UHGV virus genome: UHGV-0281096
Strand: one strand, 5' to 3'
From: a virus
DNA: 24,424 bases
Positions 1 to 8,327 of this stretch are shown here, one piece after another; the first letter of the stretch is position 1; each line of letters begins with the position of its first letter. Both the position numbers and the translations under genes were made by a program. The notes beneath the pieces are model-generated. The model was not told where the DNA came from. It searched no databases and was given only the letters and a program-made list of their open reading frames with translations.

Positions 1-11
1 GAGAGTAAATC

Positions 12-218
12 GTGGCTGAGTTAATTTTCTCTGCATTGAGGCTTCTCGGTGCTATGTGGATGGTGGCGACGTTCATTGTGATTGCTGGCTGTTTTGTCCG
101 GTTGGTAGGCGAAGGTAAAGACCTGGTGGGTGTGCTTTTCGGTAGCATTCTCCTGTGGGTGATTATCGGTGTTGCGCCTGTTGCTGTAGCAAAAATGGCG
201 TGGCGTTTTGTTAGTTGA
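12..218 (+). CDS. Small hydrophobic protein (two predicted transmembrane segments), function unknown
   Basis: 68-codon ORF, GTG start at 12 just after an in-frame stop at 6-8; very hydrophobic translation (MWMVATFIVIAGCF..., ILLWVIIGVAPVAV); ends 8 nt before ninB ATG. No family recognised. Confidence 0.4.
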   Translation: MAELIFSALRLLGAMWMVATFIVIAGCFVRLVGEGKDLVGVLFGSILLWVIIGVAPVAVAKMAWRFVS

Positions 219-225
219 GGTGACA

Positions 226-636
226 ATGAAGCAAACAATCTTCCTCCGAACTAAGCAACAACAGCAAGCTGCAATAAATGCCATCCTCGCAACACCACTC
301 GATAAAGACAAGCCAGTCACCATCCGCATTACTGACTACAAGCGCAACCTTGACCAGAACGCAAAATTTCACGCGATGCTGGCGGATATCGCACGTCAGG
401 TTCAATGGTGCGGCAAATGGTTAAAACCAGAACAATGGAAGGTTTTGTTGATTAGCGGTCATGCAGTGGCAACAAAGCAGGAAGCTGATGTTTTGTCCGG
501 CCTTGAAGGCGAATACGTCAACATTCGCGAAAGTAGCGCGCAGATGAGTGTGAAGCGTATGGCAAGTCTGATTGAGTACACGACAGCATGGGCTATTGGT
601 CAGGGCGTCAGATTTACCGACAGGAGGTACGAATGA
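226..636 (+). CDS. ninB: NinB (Orf-family recombination mediator)
   Basis: Translation [21 protein letters not shown]...[24 protein letters not shown] resembles lambda NinB; ATG at 226 preceded by GAGGTG; the track start at 208 is a TTG without RBS. Confidence 0.85.
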   Translation: MKQTIFLRTKQQQQAAINAILATPLDKDKPVTIRITDYKRNLDQNAKFHAMLADIARQVQWCGKWLKPEQWKVLLISGHAVATKQEADVLSGLEGEYVNIRESSAQMSVKRMASLIEYTTAWAIGQGVRFTDRRYE

Positions 637-815
637 GACGACAGCGACGAAGTATCACCGACATAATCTGCGAAAACTGCAAATACCTTCCAACGAAACG
701 CTCCAGAAATAAACGCAAGCCAATCCCAAAAGAATCTGACGTAAAAACCTTCAATTACACGGCTCACCTGTGGGATATCCGGTGGCTTAGAGAACGTGCG
801 AGGAAAACAAGGTGA
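633..815 (+). CDS. ninE: NinE
   Basis: 60-aa product [60 protein letters not shown] matches lambda NinE; ATGA overlap with ninB stop (633-636). Confidence 0.8.
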   Translation: MRRQRRSITDIICENCKYLPTKRSRNKRKPIPKESDVKTFNYTAHLWDIRWLRERARKTR

Positions 816-982
816 TTGACCCAAATCGAAGTTACGAACAAGGAAGTGTCGAGCGAGCTTTAACGTGCGCTAACTGCGGTCAGAAGCTGCATGTGCTGGA
901 AGTTCACGTGTGTGAGCACTGCTGCGCAGAACTGATGAGCGATCCGAATAGCTCGATGCACGAGGAAGAAGACGATGGCTAA
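812..982 (+). CDS. ninF: NinF (Cys-rich small protein)
   Basis: Not in ORF track (<60 aa). Hand translation from GTG 812: [56 protein letters not shown], stop TAA 980-982; GTGA overlap with ninE stop; matches lambda NinF. Confidence 0.75.
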   Translation: MIDPNRSYEQGSVERALTCANCGQKLHVLEVHVCEHCCAELMSDPNSSMHEEEDDG

Positions 983-1586
983 ACCAGCGCGAAGACGATG
1001 TAAAAACGATGAATGTCGGGAATGGTTTCACCCTGCATTCGCCAATCAGTGGTGGTGCTCTCCAGAGTGTGGAACCAAGATAGCACTCGAACGACGAAGC
1101 AAAGAACGCGAAAAAGCGGAAAAGGCAGCAGAGAAGAAACGACGACGAGAGGAGCAGAAACAGAAAGATAAACTGAAAATTCGAAAACTCGCCTTAAAGC
1201 CCCGCAGTTACTGGATTAAACAAGCCCAACAAGCTGTAAACGCCTTCATCAGAGAAAGAGACCGCGACTTACCATGTATCTCGTGCGGAACGCTCACGTC
1301 TGCTCAGTGGGATGCCGGACATTACCGGACAACTGCTGCGGCACCTCAACTCCGATTTGATGAACGCAATATTCACAAGCAATGCGTGGTGTGCAACCAG
1401 CACAAAAGCGGAAATCTCGTTCCGTATCGCGTCGAACTGATTAGCCGTATCGGGCAGGAAGCAGTAGACGAAATCGAATCAAACCATAGCCGCCATCGCT
1501 GGACTGTCGAAGAGTGCAGGGCCATCAAGGCGGAGTATCAGCAGAAACTCAAAGACCTGCGAAATAGCAGAAGTGAGGCCGCATGA
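975..1586 (+). CDS. ninG: NinG (Rap-like recombination endonuclease)
   Basis: 203 aa, Cys-rich, basic coiled region; resembles lambda NinG/Rap; start overlaps ninF end. Confidence 0.8.
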   Translation: MAKPARRRCKNDECREWFHPAFANQWWCSPECGTKIALERRSKEREKAEKAAEKKRRREEQKQKDKLKIRKLALKPRSYWIKQAQQAVNAFIRERDRDLPCISCGTLTSAQWDAGHYRTTAAAPQLRFDERNIHKQCVVCNQHKSGNLVPYRVELISRIGQEAVDEIESNHSRHRWTVEECRAIKAEYQQKLKDLRNSRSEAA

Positions 1587-1789
1587 CGTTCTCAGTAAAA
1601 ACCATTCCAGACATGCTCGTTGAAGCATACGGAAACCAGACAGAAGTAGCACGCAGACTGAAATGTAGTCGCGGTACGGTCAGAAAATACGTTGATGATA
1701 AAGACGGGAAAATGCACGCCATCGTCAACGACGTTCTAATGGTTCATCGCGGATGGAGTGAAAGAGATGCGCTATTACGAAAGAATTGA
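1583..1789 (+). CDS. ninH: NinH
   Basis: 68 aa [37 protein letters not shown]... (HTH-like), matches lambda NinH; ATGA overlap with ninG stop. Confidence 0.8.
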   Translation: MTFSVKTIPDMLVEAYGNQTEVARRLKCSRGTVRKYVDDKDGKMHAIVNDVLMVHRGWSERDALLRKN

Positions 1790-2432
1790 TGGCAGCAAAT
1801 ACCGAAATATTTGGGTAGTTGGCGATCTGCACGGATGCTACACGAACCTGATGAAAAAACTGGAGACGATAGGATTCGACACCAAAAAAGACCTGCTTAT
1901 CTCGGTGGGCGATTTGGTTGATCGCGGTACAGAGAACGTCGAATGCCTGGAATTAATCACATTCCCCTGGTTCAGAGCTGTACGTGGAAACCATGAGCAA
2001 ATGATGATTGATGGCTTATCAGAGCGTGGAAACGTCAATCACTGGCTGCTTAATGGCGGTGGCTGGTTCTTTAATCTCGATTACGACAAAGAAATTCTGG
2101 CTAAAGCTCTTGCCCATAAAGCAGATGAACTTCCGTTAATCATCGAACTGGTGAGTAAAGGAAAAAAATATGTCATCTGCCACGCCGATTATCCTTGTGA
2201 TAAATACGAGTTTGGAAAGCCAGTTGATCATCAGCAGGTAATCTGGAACCGCGAACGAATCAGCAACTCACAAGACGGGATCGTGAAAGAAATCAAAGGC
2301 GCGGACACGTTCATCTTTGGTCATACGCCAGCAGTGAAACCACTCAAGTTTGCCAACCAGATGTATATCGATACCGGCGCAGTGTTCTGCGGAAACCTCA
2401 CATTGATTCAGGTACAGGGAGAAGGCGCATGA
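1767..2432 (+). CDS. ninI: NinI, lambda-type Ser/Thr protein phosphatase
   Basis: Metallophosphatase motifs GDLHG, GDLVDRG, GNHE in translation; near-identical to lambda PPase from MRYYE; ATG 1767 preceded by GGAG; track start 1758 is GTG. Confidence 0.9.
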   Translation: MRYYERIDGSKYRNIWVVGDLHGCYTNLMKKLETIGFDTKKDLLISVGDLVDRGTENVECLELITFPWFRAVRGNHEQMMIDGLSERGNVNHWLLNGGGWFFNLDYDKEILAKALAHKADELPLIIELVSKGKKYVICHADYPCDKYEFGKPVDHQQVIWNRERISNSQDGIVKEIKGADTFIFGHTPAVKPLKFANQMYIDTGAVFCGNLTLIQVQGEGA

Positions 2433-3052
2433 GACTCGAAAGCGTAGCTAAATTTCATTCGCCAAAAAGCCCGATGATGAGCGACTCACCACGGGCTACT
2501 GCTTCTGACTCTCTTTCCGGTACTGATGTGATGGCTGCTATGGGGATGGCGCAATCACAAGCCGGATTCGGAATGGCTGCATTCTGTGGTAAGCACGAAC
2601 TCAGCCAGAATGACAAACAAAAGGCTATCAACTATCTGATGCAATTTGCACACAAGGTATCGGGGAAATACCGTGGCGTGGCAAAGCTTGAAGGAAATAC
2701 TAAGGCAAAGGTACTGCAAGTGCTCGCAACATTCGCTTATGCGGATTATTGCCGTAGTGCCGCTACGCCGGGCGCAAGATGCAGAGATTGCCACGGTACA
2801 GGCCGTGCGGTAGATATAGCAAAAACAGAGCAGTGGGGGAGAGTTGTTGAGAAAGAGTGCGGAAGATGCAAAGGCGTCGGCTATTCCAGGATGCCAGCAA
2901 GCGCCGCATATCGCGCTGTAACGATGCTAATCCCAAACCTTACCCAACCCACCTGGTCACGCACTGTTAAGCCGCTGTATGACGCTCTGGTGGTGCAATG
3001 CCACAAAGAAGAGTCAATCGCAGACAACATTTTGAATGCGGTCACACGTTAG
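2429..3052 (+). CDS. Q: Late-gene antiterminator Q
   Basis: 207 aa; zinc-finger-like CRDCHGTG...CGRCKGVG; near-identical to lambda Q as recalled; ATGA overlap with ninI stop. Confidence 0.9.
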   Translation: MRLESVAKFHSPKSPMMSDSPRATASDSLSGTDVMAAMGMAQSQAGFGMAAFCGKHELSQNDKQKAINYLMQFAHKVSGKYRGVAKLEGNTKAKVLQVLATFAYADYCRSAATPGARCRDCHGTGRAVDIAKTEQWGRVVEKECGRCKGVGYSRMPASAAYRAVTMLIPNLTQPTWSRTVKPLYDALVVQCHKEESIADNILNAVTR

Positions 3053-3094
3053 CAGCATGATTGCCACGGATGGCAACATATTAACGGCATGATA

Positions 3095-3130
3095 TTGACT
3101 TTTTGAATAAAGTTGGGTAAATTTGACATC
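3095..3130 (+). promoter_or_regulatory. pR'-like late promoter with qut region (-35 TTGACT 3095-3100, 17-nt spacer, -10 TAAATT 3118-3123)
   Basis: Sequence seen directly; position immediately downstream of Q and motif arrangement match lambda pR'/qut as recalled. Confidence 0.6.
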
Positions 3131-3159
3131 AACGATGGATAAATGCACTCGTTAAATAA

Positions 3160-3195
3160 AGCCCTGAGTTAATATCTCGGGGCTTTTTGCGTTTT
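3160..3195 (+). terminator. Rho-independent terminator about 35 nt downstream of the predicted pR' start
   Basis: Stem AGCCCTGAG (3160-3168) / CTCGGGGCT (3176-3184), one G-U pair, followed by TTTTTGCGTTTT. Confidence 0.55.
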
Positions 3196-3331
3196 AAGCA
3201 CGGCCTTTCTGAAAGCACATCAAACCAAATACCAGACAGACAAAAATAATCACCTTATCCGCTGTGGCTACGGTGCGGTGTGCTTTGCATAAAAGAAAAC
3301 CAGCGCAATGGCTGGCTTCGTGAAAGCGGGT

Positions 3332-3367
3332 GGCATGAGGTTGCCCTAACAACCTCCTGCCGTTTTG
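3332..3367 (+). terminator. tR'-like terminator (6S RNA-type 3' end), one stem mismatch
   Basis: GGCATGAGGTT (3332-3342) vs AACCTCCTGCC (3351-3361) followed by GTTTT; corresponds to lambda tR' as recalled, with a T at stem position 5. Confidence 0.5.
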
Positions 3368-3466
3368 CCCGTGCATATCGGTCACGAACAAATCTGATTA
3401 CTAAACACAGTAGCCTGGATTTGTTCTATCAGTAATCGACCTTATTCCTAATTAAATAGAGCAAAT

Positions 3467-3480
3467 CCCCTTATTGGGGG
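3467..3480 (+). promoter_or_regulatory. sdi-like hairpin upstream of the S dual start
   Basis: CCCC-TTATT-GGGGG immediately 5' of ATG-AAG-ATG (Met1-Lys2-Met3) of S. Confidence 0.55.
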
Positions 3481-3486
3481 TAAGAC

Positions 3487-3810
3487 ATGAAGATGCCAGA
3501 AAAAAATGACCTGTTAGCCGCCATTCTCGCGGCAAAGGAACAAGGCATCGGGGCAATCCTTGCGTTTGCAATGGCGTACCTTCGCGGCAGATATAATGGC
3601 GGTGCGTTTACAAAAACAGTAATCGACGCAACGATGTGCGCCATTATCGCCTGGTTCATTCGTGATCTTCTCGACCTCGCCGGACTAAGTAGCAATCTCG
3701 CTTATATAACGAGCGTGTTCATCGGCTACATCGGTACTGACTCGATTGGTTCGCTTATCAAACGCTTCGCTGCTAAAAAAGCCGGAGTAGAAGATGGTGG
3801 AAATCAATAA
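3487..3810 (+). CDS. S: Holin S (class I, dual-start S107/S105)
   Basis: 107 aa, [10 protein letters not shown]..., three hydrophobic segments; near-identical to lambda S. Confidence 0.9.
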   Translation: MKMPEKNDLLAAILAAKEQGIGAILAFAMAYLRGRYNGGAFTKTVIDATMCAIIAWFIRDLLDLAGLSSNLAYITSVFIGYIGTDSIGSLIKRFAAKKAGVEDGGNQ

Positions 3811-4270
3811 TCAACGTAAGGCGTTCCTCGATATGCTGGCGTGGTCAGAGGGAACTGATAACGGACGTCAGAAAACCAGAAATCATGGTTATGACGTCAT
3901 TGTTGGCGGAGAGCTATTCACTGATTACTCCGATCACCCTCGCAAACTTGTCACGCTAAACCCAAAACTCAAATCAACAGCAGCCGGACGTTACCAGCTT
4001 CTTTCCCGTTGGTGGGATGCCTATCGTAAGCAGCTTGGCCTGAAAGACTTCTCTCCGAAAAGCCAGGACGCTGTGGCACTGCAACAGATTAAAGAGCGTG
4101 GCGCTTTACCGATGATTGATCGCGGTGATATTCGTCAGGCTATCGACCGTTGCAGCAATATCTGGGCTTCACTGCCGGGCGCTGGTTATGGTCAGTTCGA
4201 GCATAAGGCTGACAGCCTGATTGCAAAATTCAAAGAAGCAGGCGGAACGGTCAGAGAGATTGAGGTATGA
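3794..4270 (+). CDS. R: Endolysin R (lytic transglycosylase)
   Basis: 158 aa, [24 protein letters not shown]...; near-identical to lambda R; overlaps S end. Confidence 0.9.
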   Translation: MVEINNQRKAFLDMLAWSEGTDNGRQKTRNHGYDVIVGGELFTDYSDHPRKLVTLNPKLKSTAAGRYQLLSRWWDAYRKQLGLKDFSPKSQDAVALQQIKERGALPMIDRGDIRQAIDRCSNIWASLPGAGYGQFEHKADSLIAKFKEAGGTVREIEV

Positions 4271-4734
4271 GCAGAGTCACCGCGATTATCTCCGCTCTGG
4301 TTATCTGCATCATCGTCGGCCTGTCATGGGCTGTTAATCATTACCGTGATAACGCCATCGCCTACAAAGAACAGCGTGATAAAAAAGTCAGTGAGCTGAA
4401 GCAGGCGACCGCCACCATTACTGACATGCAGCAACGCCAGCGTGCTGCTGATGCACTCGATGCTAAATACACGAAGGAGTTAGCTGATGCGAAAGCTGAA
4501 AATGATGCTCTTCGGCGCAAGCTTGATAATGGTGGCAGGGTGCTCGTCAAAGGAAAATGCCCTGTGCCATCCTCAGCCGAAACCTCCAGCGCCTCCGGCA
4601 TGGGCAATGATGCCACCGTCGAACTCTCTCCAGTTGCTGGACGAAACGTTCTCGGTGTCCGGGACGGAATTATCCGCGACCAAACAGCACTGAGAACGCT
4701 TCAGGAATACATCAGGACGCAATGCCTGAAATAA
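4267..4734 (+). CDS. Rz: Rz i-spanin
   Basis: 155 aa, N-terminal TM segment then coiled coil; ATGA overlap with R stop; lambda Rz-like N-terminus. Confidence 0.85.
   Translation: MSRVTAIISALVICIIVGLSWAVNHYRDNAIAYKEQRDKKVSELKQATATITDMQQRQRAADALDAKYTKELADAKAENDALRRKLDNGGRVLVKGKCPVPSSAETSSASGMGNDATVELSPVAGRNVLGVRDGIIRDQTALRTLQEYIRTQCLK
4487..4693 (+). CDS. Rz1: Rz1 o-spanin lipoprotein, embedded in +1 frame of Rz
   Basis: 68 aa [19 protein letters not shown]... with lipobox VAGC and Pro-rich stretch; AAGGAG 7 nt upstream of ATG. Confidence 0.8.
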   Translation: MRKLKMMLFGASLIMVAGCSSKENALCHPQPKPPAPPAWAMMPPSNSLQLLDETFSVSGTELSATKQH

Positions 4735-4766
4735 TTTTTTTTGCAAATCACAAAGTCCATTTAATG

Positions 4767-4790
4767 AGCCTCGCGATGCGGGGCTTTTTG
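4767..4790 (+). terminator. Rho-independent terminator after lysis cassette
   Basis: AGCCTCGC-GAT-GCGGGGCT followed by TTTTT. Confidence 0.6.
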
Positions 4791-4796
4791 CAATAA

Positions 4797-4821
4797 ATGC
4801 GTACCGCAACGCATGTTTTTT
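4797..4821 (+). terminator. Second tandem terminator
   Basis: ATGCGT-ACCGCA-ACGCAT followed by GTTTTTT. Confidence 0.5.
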
Positions 4822-4936
4822 ACACCGAACCTGCCCCTTTGGAATGGGCCTTTGAGGATACCAGTTAGTGCTGGCGAGCCTCGGTGGGCTGGTTTCCTAT
4901 GCGGCAAAGGTTCATTTCAAATGGTAGGTAAACGTT

Positions 4937-5458
4937 ATGAATATCGTGCCACTTAATTACAAAGGTGAAATTGTCAGTTTCAACACTGATGGTTGGATCA
5001 ACGTCACAGGTGTTGCTGAGAGATTTGGGAAACGCATTGATAACTGGATGCGTTTGGCAGAAACGCTTGAATACGTTCGTGCTTTAGACGAAGCGTTGAC
5101 CGGGAAAGAATCTGAAATTTTACATCCCTCACAATCGAGGTATGTAAAAACCAGCAAGGCACGAAAGGACAGGGGTGGTGGTACGTGGCTACATCCAAAA
5201 CTTTCAGTTGCATTTGCCCGTTGGTGTGATGCTCGTTTTGCTGTGTGGTGCGACCTGCACATTGATAGTCTGCTTCGCGGTGAACTGACTGAGCAGCAGA
5301 AATATGAGCAAGCATGTCGCATTCGCGATGACCGGAAATCAAAAGCCAGCAATGGGGCAAGAGAGATGGCTCGCTGGCGATGGGATAAGCCGGTTATTGA
5401 AGCAAATGTTGAGTACTGGCGCGAGCAACTGCAGTTGACTCTCGATATCGCGTGCTGA
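4937..5458 (+). CDS. KilA-N domain protein
   Basis: 173 aa; N-terminal pattern FNTDGWINVTGVAERFGKRIDNW...GTWLHPKLSVAFARWCDARFAVW fits KilA-N DNA-binding domain as recalled. Confidence 0.65.
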   Translation: MNIVPLNYKGEIVSFNTDGWINVTGVAERFGKRIDNWMRLAETLEYVRALDEALTGKESEILHPSQSRYVKTSKARKDRGGGTWLHPKLSVAFARWCDARFAVWCDLHIDSLLRGELTEQQKYEQACRIRDDRKSKASNGAREMARWRWDKPVIEANVEYWREQLQLTLDIAC

Positions 5459-5747
5459 TGGCAAACGCAAAACTGCGTTATCGGAAAAATCAAAGCATTA
5501 CGAGAACTGAGCAACGGCTATCCATTACAAAGCCCATCTACGGGTGGGCTTGATAATGAAACCGGAGTTAATTTCTGGTCACTAATTAACGGCAGTACAG
5601 CGAAACAACCCAAGCCAGAAAGTGGGGAAATAACACTGGCAGCCACTGAAAGATGAACCTCCTGCCTTATGGCAAAAAAGATTCTTTGTGGTGGCGGACT
5701 GATGGAAAGACATCCTAATCAAGCAACCACTCCACAGGGTCATAATT

Positions 5748-6128
5748 ATGAACGACCAGCAAATCGAAAAAGAAATCGTTGAGAAAGGCAAAACCGCTCC
5801 GCGAGTTACCCCGCAGCACATCGAAGACGTGATTAAAAGCGAGCATTACTTTACTGCTTATGATGGACGAAATGGTGCCATTTCCAGCAACGAATATTGT
5901 GGCAGGGAAAAACCAGAAGAAGGCGATCGTGATTTATCACCATTGAAGTTGCTCACTTTCTGCGTACTGGTGCTGAAGAATGGCTTCACCGTCACCGGAG
6001 AGAGTGCCTGTGCAAGCCCGGAAAACTTTGATGCAGAAATTGGTCGGAAGATTGCCCGGCAGAATGCTGTAAACAAAATCTGGATGCTTGAAGGTTACTT
6101 GCTGAAGCAGAAGCTAAGCGAACAGTAG
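5748..6128 (+). CDS. Phage protein, possibly Phage_gp49_66 family
   Basis: 126-aa ORF immediately upstream of terminase, the position of Sf6 gene 66; family assignment by position and memory only. Confidence 0.4.
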   Translation: MNDQQIEKEIVEKGKTAPRVTPQHIEDVIKSEHYFTAYDGRNGAISSNEYCGREKPEEGDRDLSPLKLLTFCVLVLKNGFTVTGESACASPENFDAEIGRKIARQNAVNKIWMLEGYLLKQKLSEQ

Positions 6129-6228
6129 TTATTACAAAAGCCATTCAATGAGTGGTCTCGACAATGGCTTATACCCTACACGGGATAACTTAACTGATAT
6201 CCCTTTTAACGGATAAACGGAGCCAACA

Positions 6229-6471
6229 ATGGCAGAGATTATTCCCATGACTGAAGAACAGAAATTCCAGTTAGAGATTTACAAACTGGTCATGAACCAG
6301 AACGCAGCCGCAGAAGAAGCATTTCAATTCATTGGCACTGACGAACTGAAGCTTGAGCTATTCAAAATTCACTTCCAGTCAGGCGGCGCTAATTCGGATA
6401 TCACGACCCGCACTATCGAAGCGGTGCGTAAATCGAAGGAAGCGTTAGACCTGTTCACTACCGGAGCATAA
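6229..6471 (+). CDS. Hypothetical small acidic phage protein
   Basis: 80-aa ORF with GGAG 7 nt upstream; ends 2 nt before terminase small subunit start. Confidence 0.45.
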   Translation: MAEIIPMTEEQKFQLEIYKLVMNQNAAAEEAFQFIGTDELKLELFKIHFQSGGANSDITTRTIEAVRKSKEALDLFTTGA

Positions 6472-6473
6472 AC

Positions 6474-6914
6474 ATGGCACGCCCAACAAAGTATCAAGAG
6501 GCGTATGCCGAACAGGCACGCAAACTGTGCTTGCTGGGCTACACCGATGCAGAACTTGCTGATTTCTTTGAAGTCAGTGAGTCAACTATTAACAAGTGGA
6601 AGCTTGATTATCCTAAGTTTTCGGAGTCCATAAAAAAGGGTAAGGCCGTCGCTGATGCAGAAGTTAGTGATCGTCTTTATCAACGCGCTATGGGCTTCGT
6701 GGCTCCAGACATCGATATTCGTGTTATTGAAAATAGAATTGTCGAAACTCCGCTTGAGAAGTATTACCCGCCTGATACAACCGCCGCCATCTTCTGGCTT
6801 AAGAACCGACAGAAGGATAAATGGCGCGACAAGGTTGATCACGAGCTAACAGGCAAAGACGGCGGCGCAATTCAGATTGAAACATCACCGATGAGCACTC
6901 TATTCGGAAAATGA
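6474..6914 (+). CDS. Terminase small subunit (Sf6 gp1-like)
   Basis: 146 aa; N-terminal HTH-like region; C-terminus NELTGKDGGAIQIETSPMSTLFGK resembles Sf6 small terminase as recalled; ATGA overlap with large subunit. Confidence 0.8.
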   Translation: MARPTKYQEAYAEQARKLCLLGYTDAELADFFEVSESTINKWKLDYPKFSESIKKGKAVADAEVSDRLYQRAMGFVAPDIDIRVIENRIVETPLEKYYPPDTTAAIFWLKNRQKDKWRDKVDHELTGKDGGAIQIETSPMSTLFGK

Positions 6915-8326
6915 CCTCGATTAATCCTATCTTTGAACCGTTCATTGAGGCGCATCGCTATAAAGTCGCCAAAGGCGGTCGAGGTAGCGGTAAGTCATGG
7001 GCAATCGCGAGGCTGCTTGTTGAAGCGGCGCGTCGGCAGCCGGTGCGTATTCTCTGCGCTCGTGAACTGCAAAACAGTATCAGCGATTCGGTAATTCGGT
7101 TGCTTGAAGACACCATAGAGCGGGAAGGGTATTCGGCTGAGTTTGAAATTCAGCGTTCAATGATTCGTCATCTCGGAACGAATGCTGAGTTCATGTTCTA
7201 CGGCATCAAAAACAACCCGACGAAGATTAAATCGCTCGAAGGCATTGATATCTGCTGGGTGGAGGAAGCGGAAGCGGTAACGAAGGAATCATGGGATATC
7301 CTGATACCAACCATCCGTAAGCCGTTCTCTGAAATATGGGTGAGCTTTAACCCGAAGAACATACTCGACGATACCTATCAGCGATTCGTTGTAAATCCTC
7401 CCGATGATATTTGCCTGCTGACGGTGAACTACACCGACAACCCGCACTTTCCTGAAGTTCTCCGTCTGGAGATGGAAGAGTGTAAACGCAGAAATCCGAC
7501 ACTATATCGTCACATCTGGCTTGGTGAGCCAGTGAGCGCAAGTGATATGGCAATCATCAAACGTGAATGGCTTGAAGCCGCAACCGATGCGCACAAGAAA
7601 CTCGGATGGAAAGCGAAAGGCGCTGTTGTCTCTGCGCATGACCCGTCAGATACAGGACCGGATGCTAAAGGTTATGCATCGCGCCACGGTTCGGTAGTTA
7701 AACGCATTGCCGAAGGCCTGCTGATGGACATCAACGAGGGTGCTGACTGGGCTACTTCGCTGGCGATTGAAGACGGCGCTGACCATTACCTGTGGGATGG
7801 TGATGGTGTTGGTGCCGGGCTACGCAGACAGACAACGGAAGCGTTCTCCGGCAAGAAAATCACCGCCACGATGTTCAAGGGCAGTGAATCGCCATTCGAT
7901 GAAGATGCGCCGTATCAGGCCGGAGCATGGGCTGATGAAGTCGTACAGGGTGACAACGTTCGCACTATTGGCGATGTGTTCCGCAATAAGCGAGCACAAT
8001 TCTATTACGCGCTGGCTGACAGGCTGTATCTGACATATCGGGCGGTTGTTCACGGTGAGTATGCAGACCCAGACGACATGCTGAGTTTCGACAAAGAAGC
8101 GATAGGCGAGAAGATGCTGGAGAAGCTGTTTGCAGAACTGACGCAGATTCAGCGCAAATTCAATAACAACGGGAAGCTGGAGCTTATGACCAAGGTCGAA
8201 ATGAAGCAGAAGCTCGGTATTCCATCTCCTAACCTGGCTGATGCGCTGATGATGTGTATGCATTGCCCGGAGTCGGCTGCGAAACCCGACTATTCCAGTT
8301 ACTCAATTCCTTGTGGTGTAGGTTGA
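6911..8326 (+). CDS. Terminase large subunit
   Basis: 471 aa; Walker A KGGRGSGKS near N-terminus, Walker B-like ICWVEEAE, C-terminal nuclease region. Confidence 0.9.
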   Translation: MTSINPIFEPFIEAHRYKVAKGGRGSGKSWAIARLLVEAARRQPVRILCARELQNSISDSVIRLLEDTIEREGYSAEFEIQRSMIRHLGTNAEFMFYGIKNNPTKIKSLEGIDICWVEEAEAVTKESWDILIPTIRKPFSEIWVSFNPKNILDDTYQRFVVNPPDDICLLTVNYTDNPHFPEVLRLEMEECKRRNPTLYRHIWLGEPVSASDMAIIKREWLEAATDAHKKLGWKAKGAVVSAHDPSDTGPDAKGYASRHGSVVKRIAEGLLMDINEGADWATSLAIEDGADHYLWDGDGVGAGLRRQTTEAFSGKKITATMFKGSESPFDEDAPYQAGAWADEVVQGDNVRTIGDVFRNKRAQFYYALADRLYLTYRAVVHGEYADPDDMLSFDKEAIGEKMLEKLFAELTQIQRKFNNNGKLELMTKVEMKQKLGIPSPNLADALMMCMHCPESAAKPDYSSYSIPCGVG

Positions 8327-8327
8327 T

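Noticed and set aside
21-329. 102-aa minus-strand ORF overlapping the small membrane gene and ninB
   Set aside because: Antisense to well-supported genes, no RBS, low-complexity translation; treated as spurious. The same applies to other antisense or embedded ORFs in the track (e.g. 211-405, 600-824, 1838-2038, 2555-2794, 4362-4616, 4573-4809, 4957-5514, 5004-5360, 7347-7553, 7740-8033, 7820-8263, 8631-8858, 9972-10496, 10779-11207, 15389-15913, 16298-16609, 18289-18657, 19593-19896).
588-815. Longer ninE start at 588
   Set aside because: Overlaps ninB by 48 nt; ATG 633 gives the canonical NinE N-terminus MRRQRR and an ATGA coupling with ninB.
5457-5550. 30-codon ORF and AGCCCA/TGGGCT hairpin just after the KilA-N gene
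   Set aside because: Very short, no RBS, and the hairpin has no T-run; insufficient evidence for a gene or terminator.
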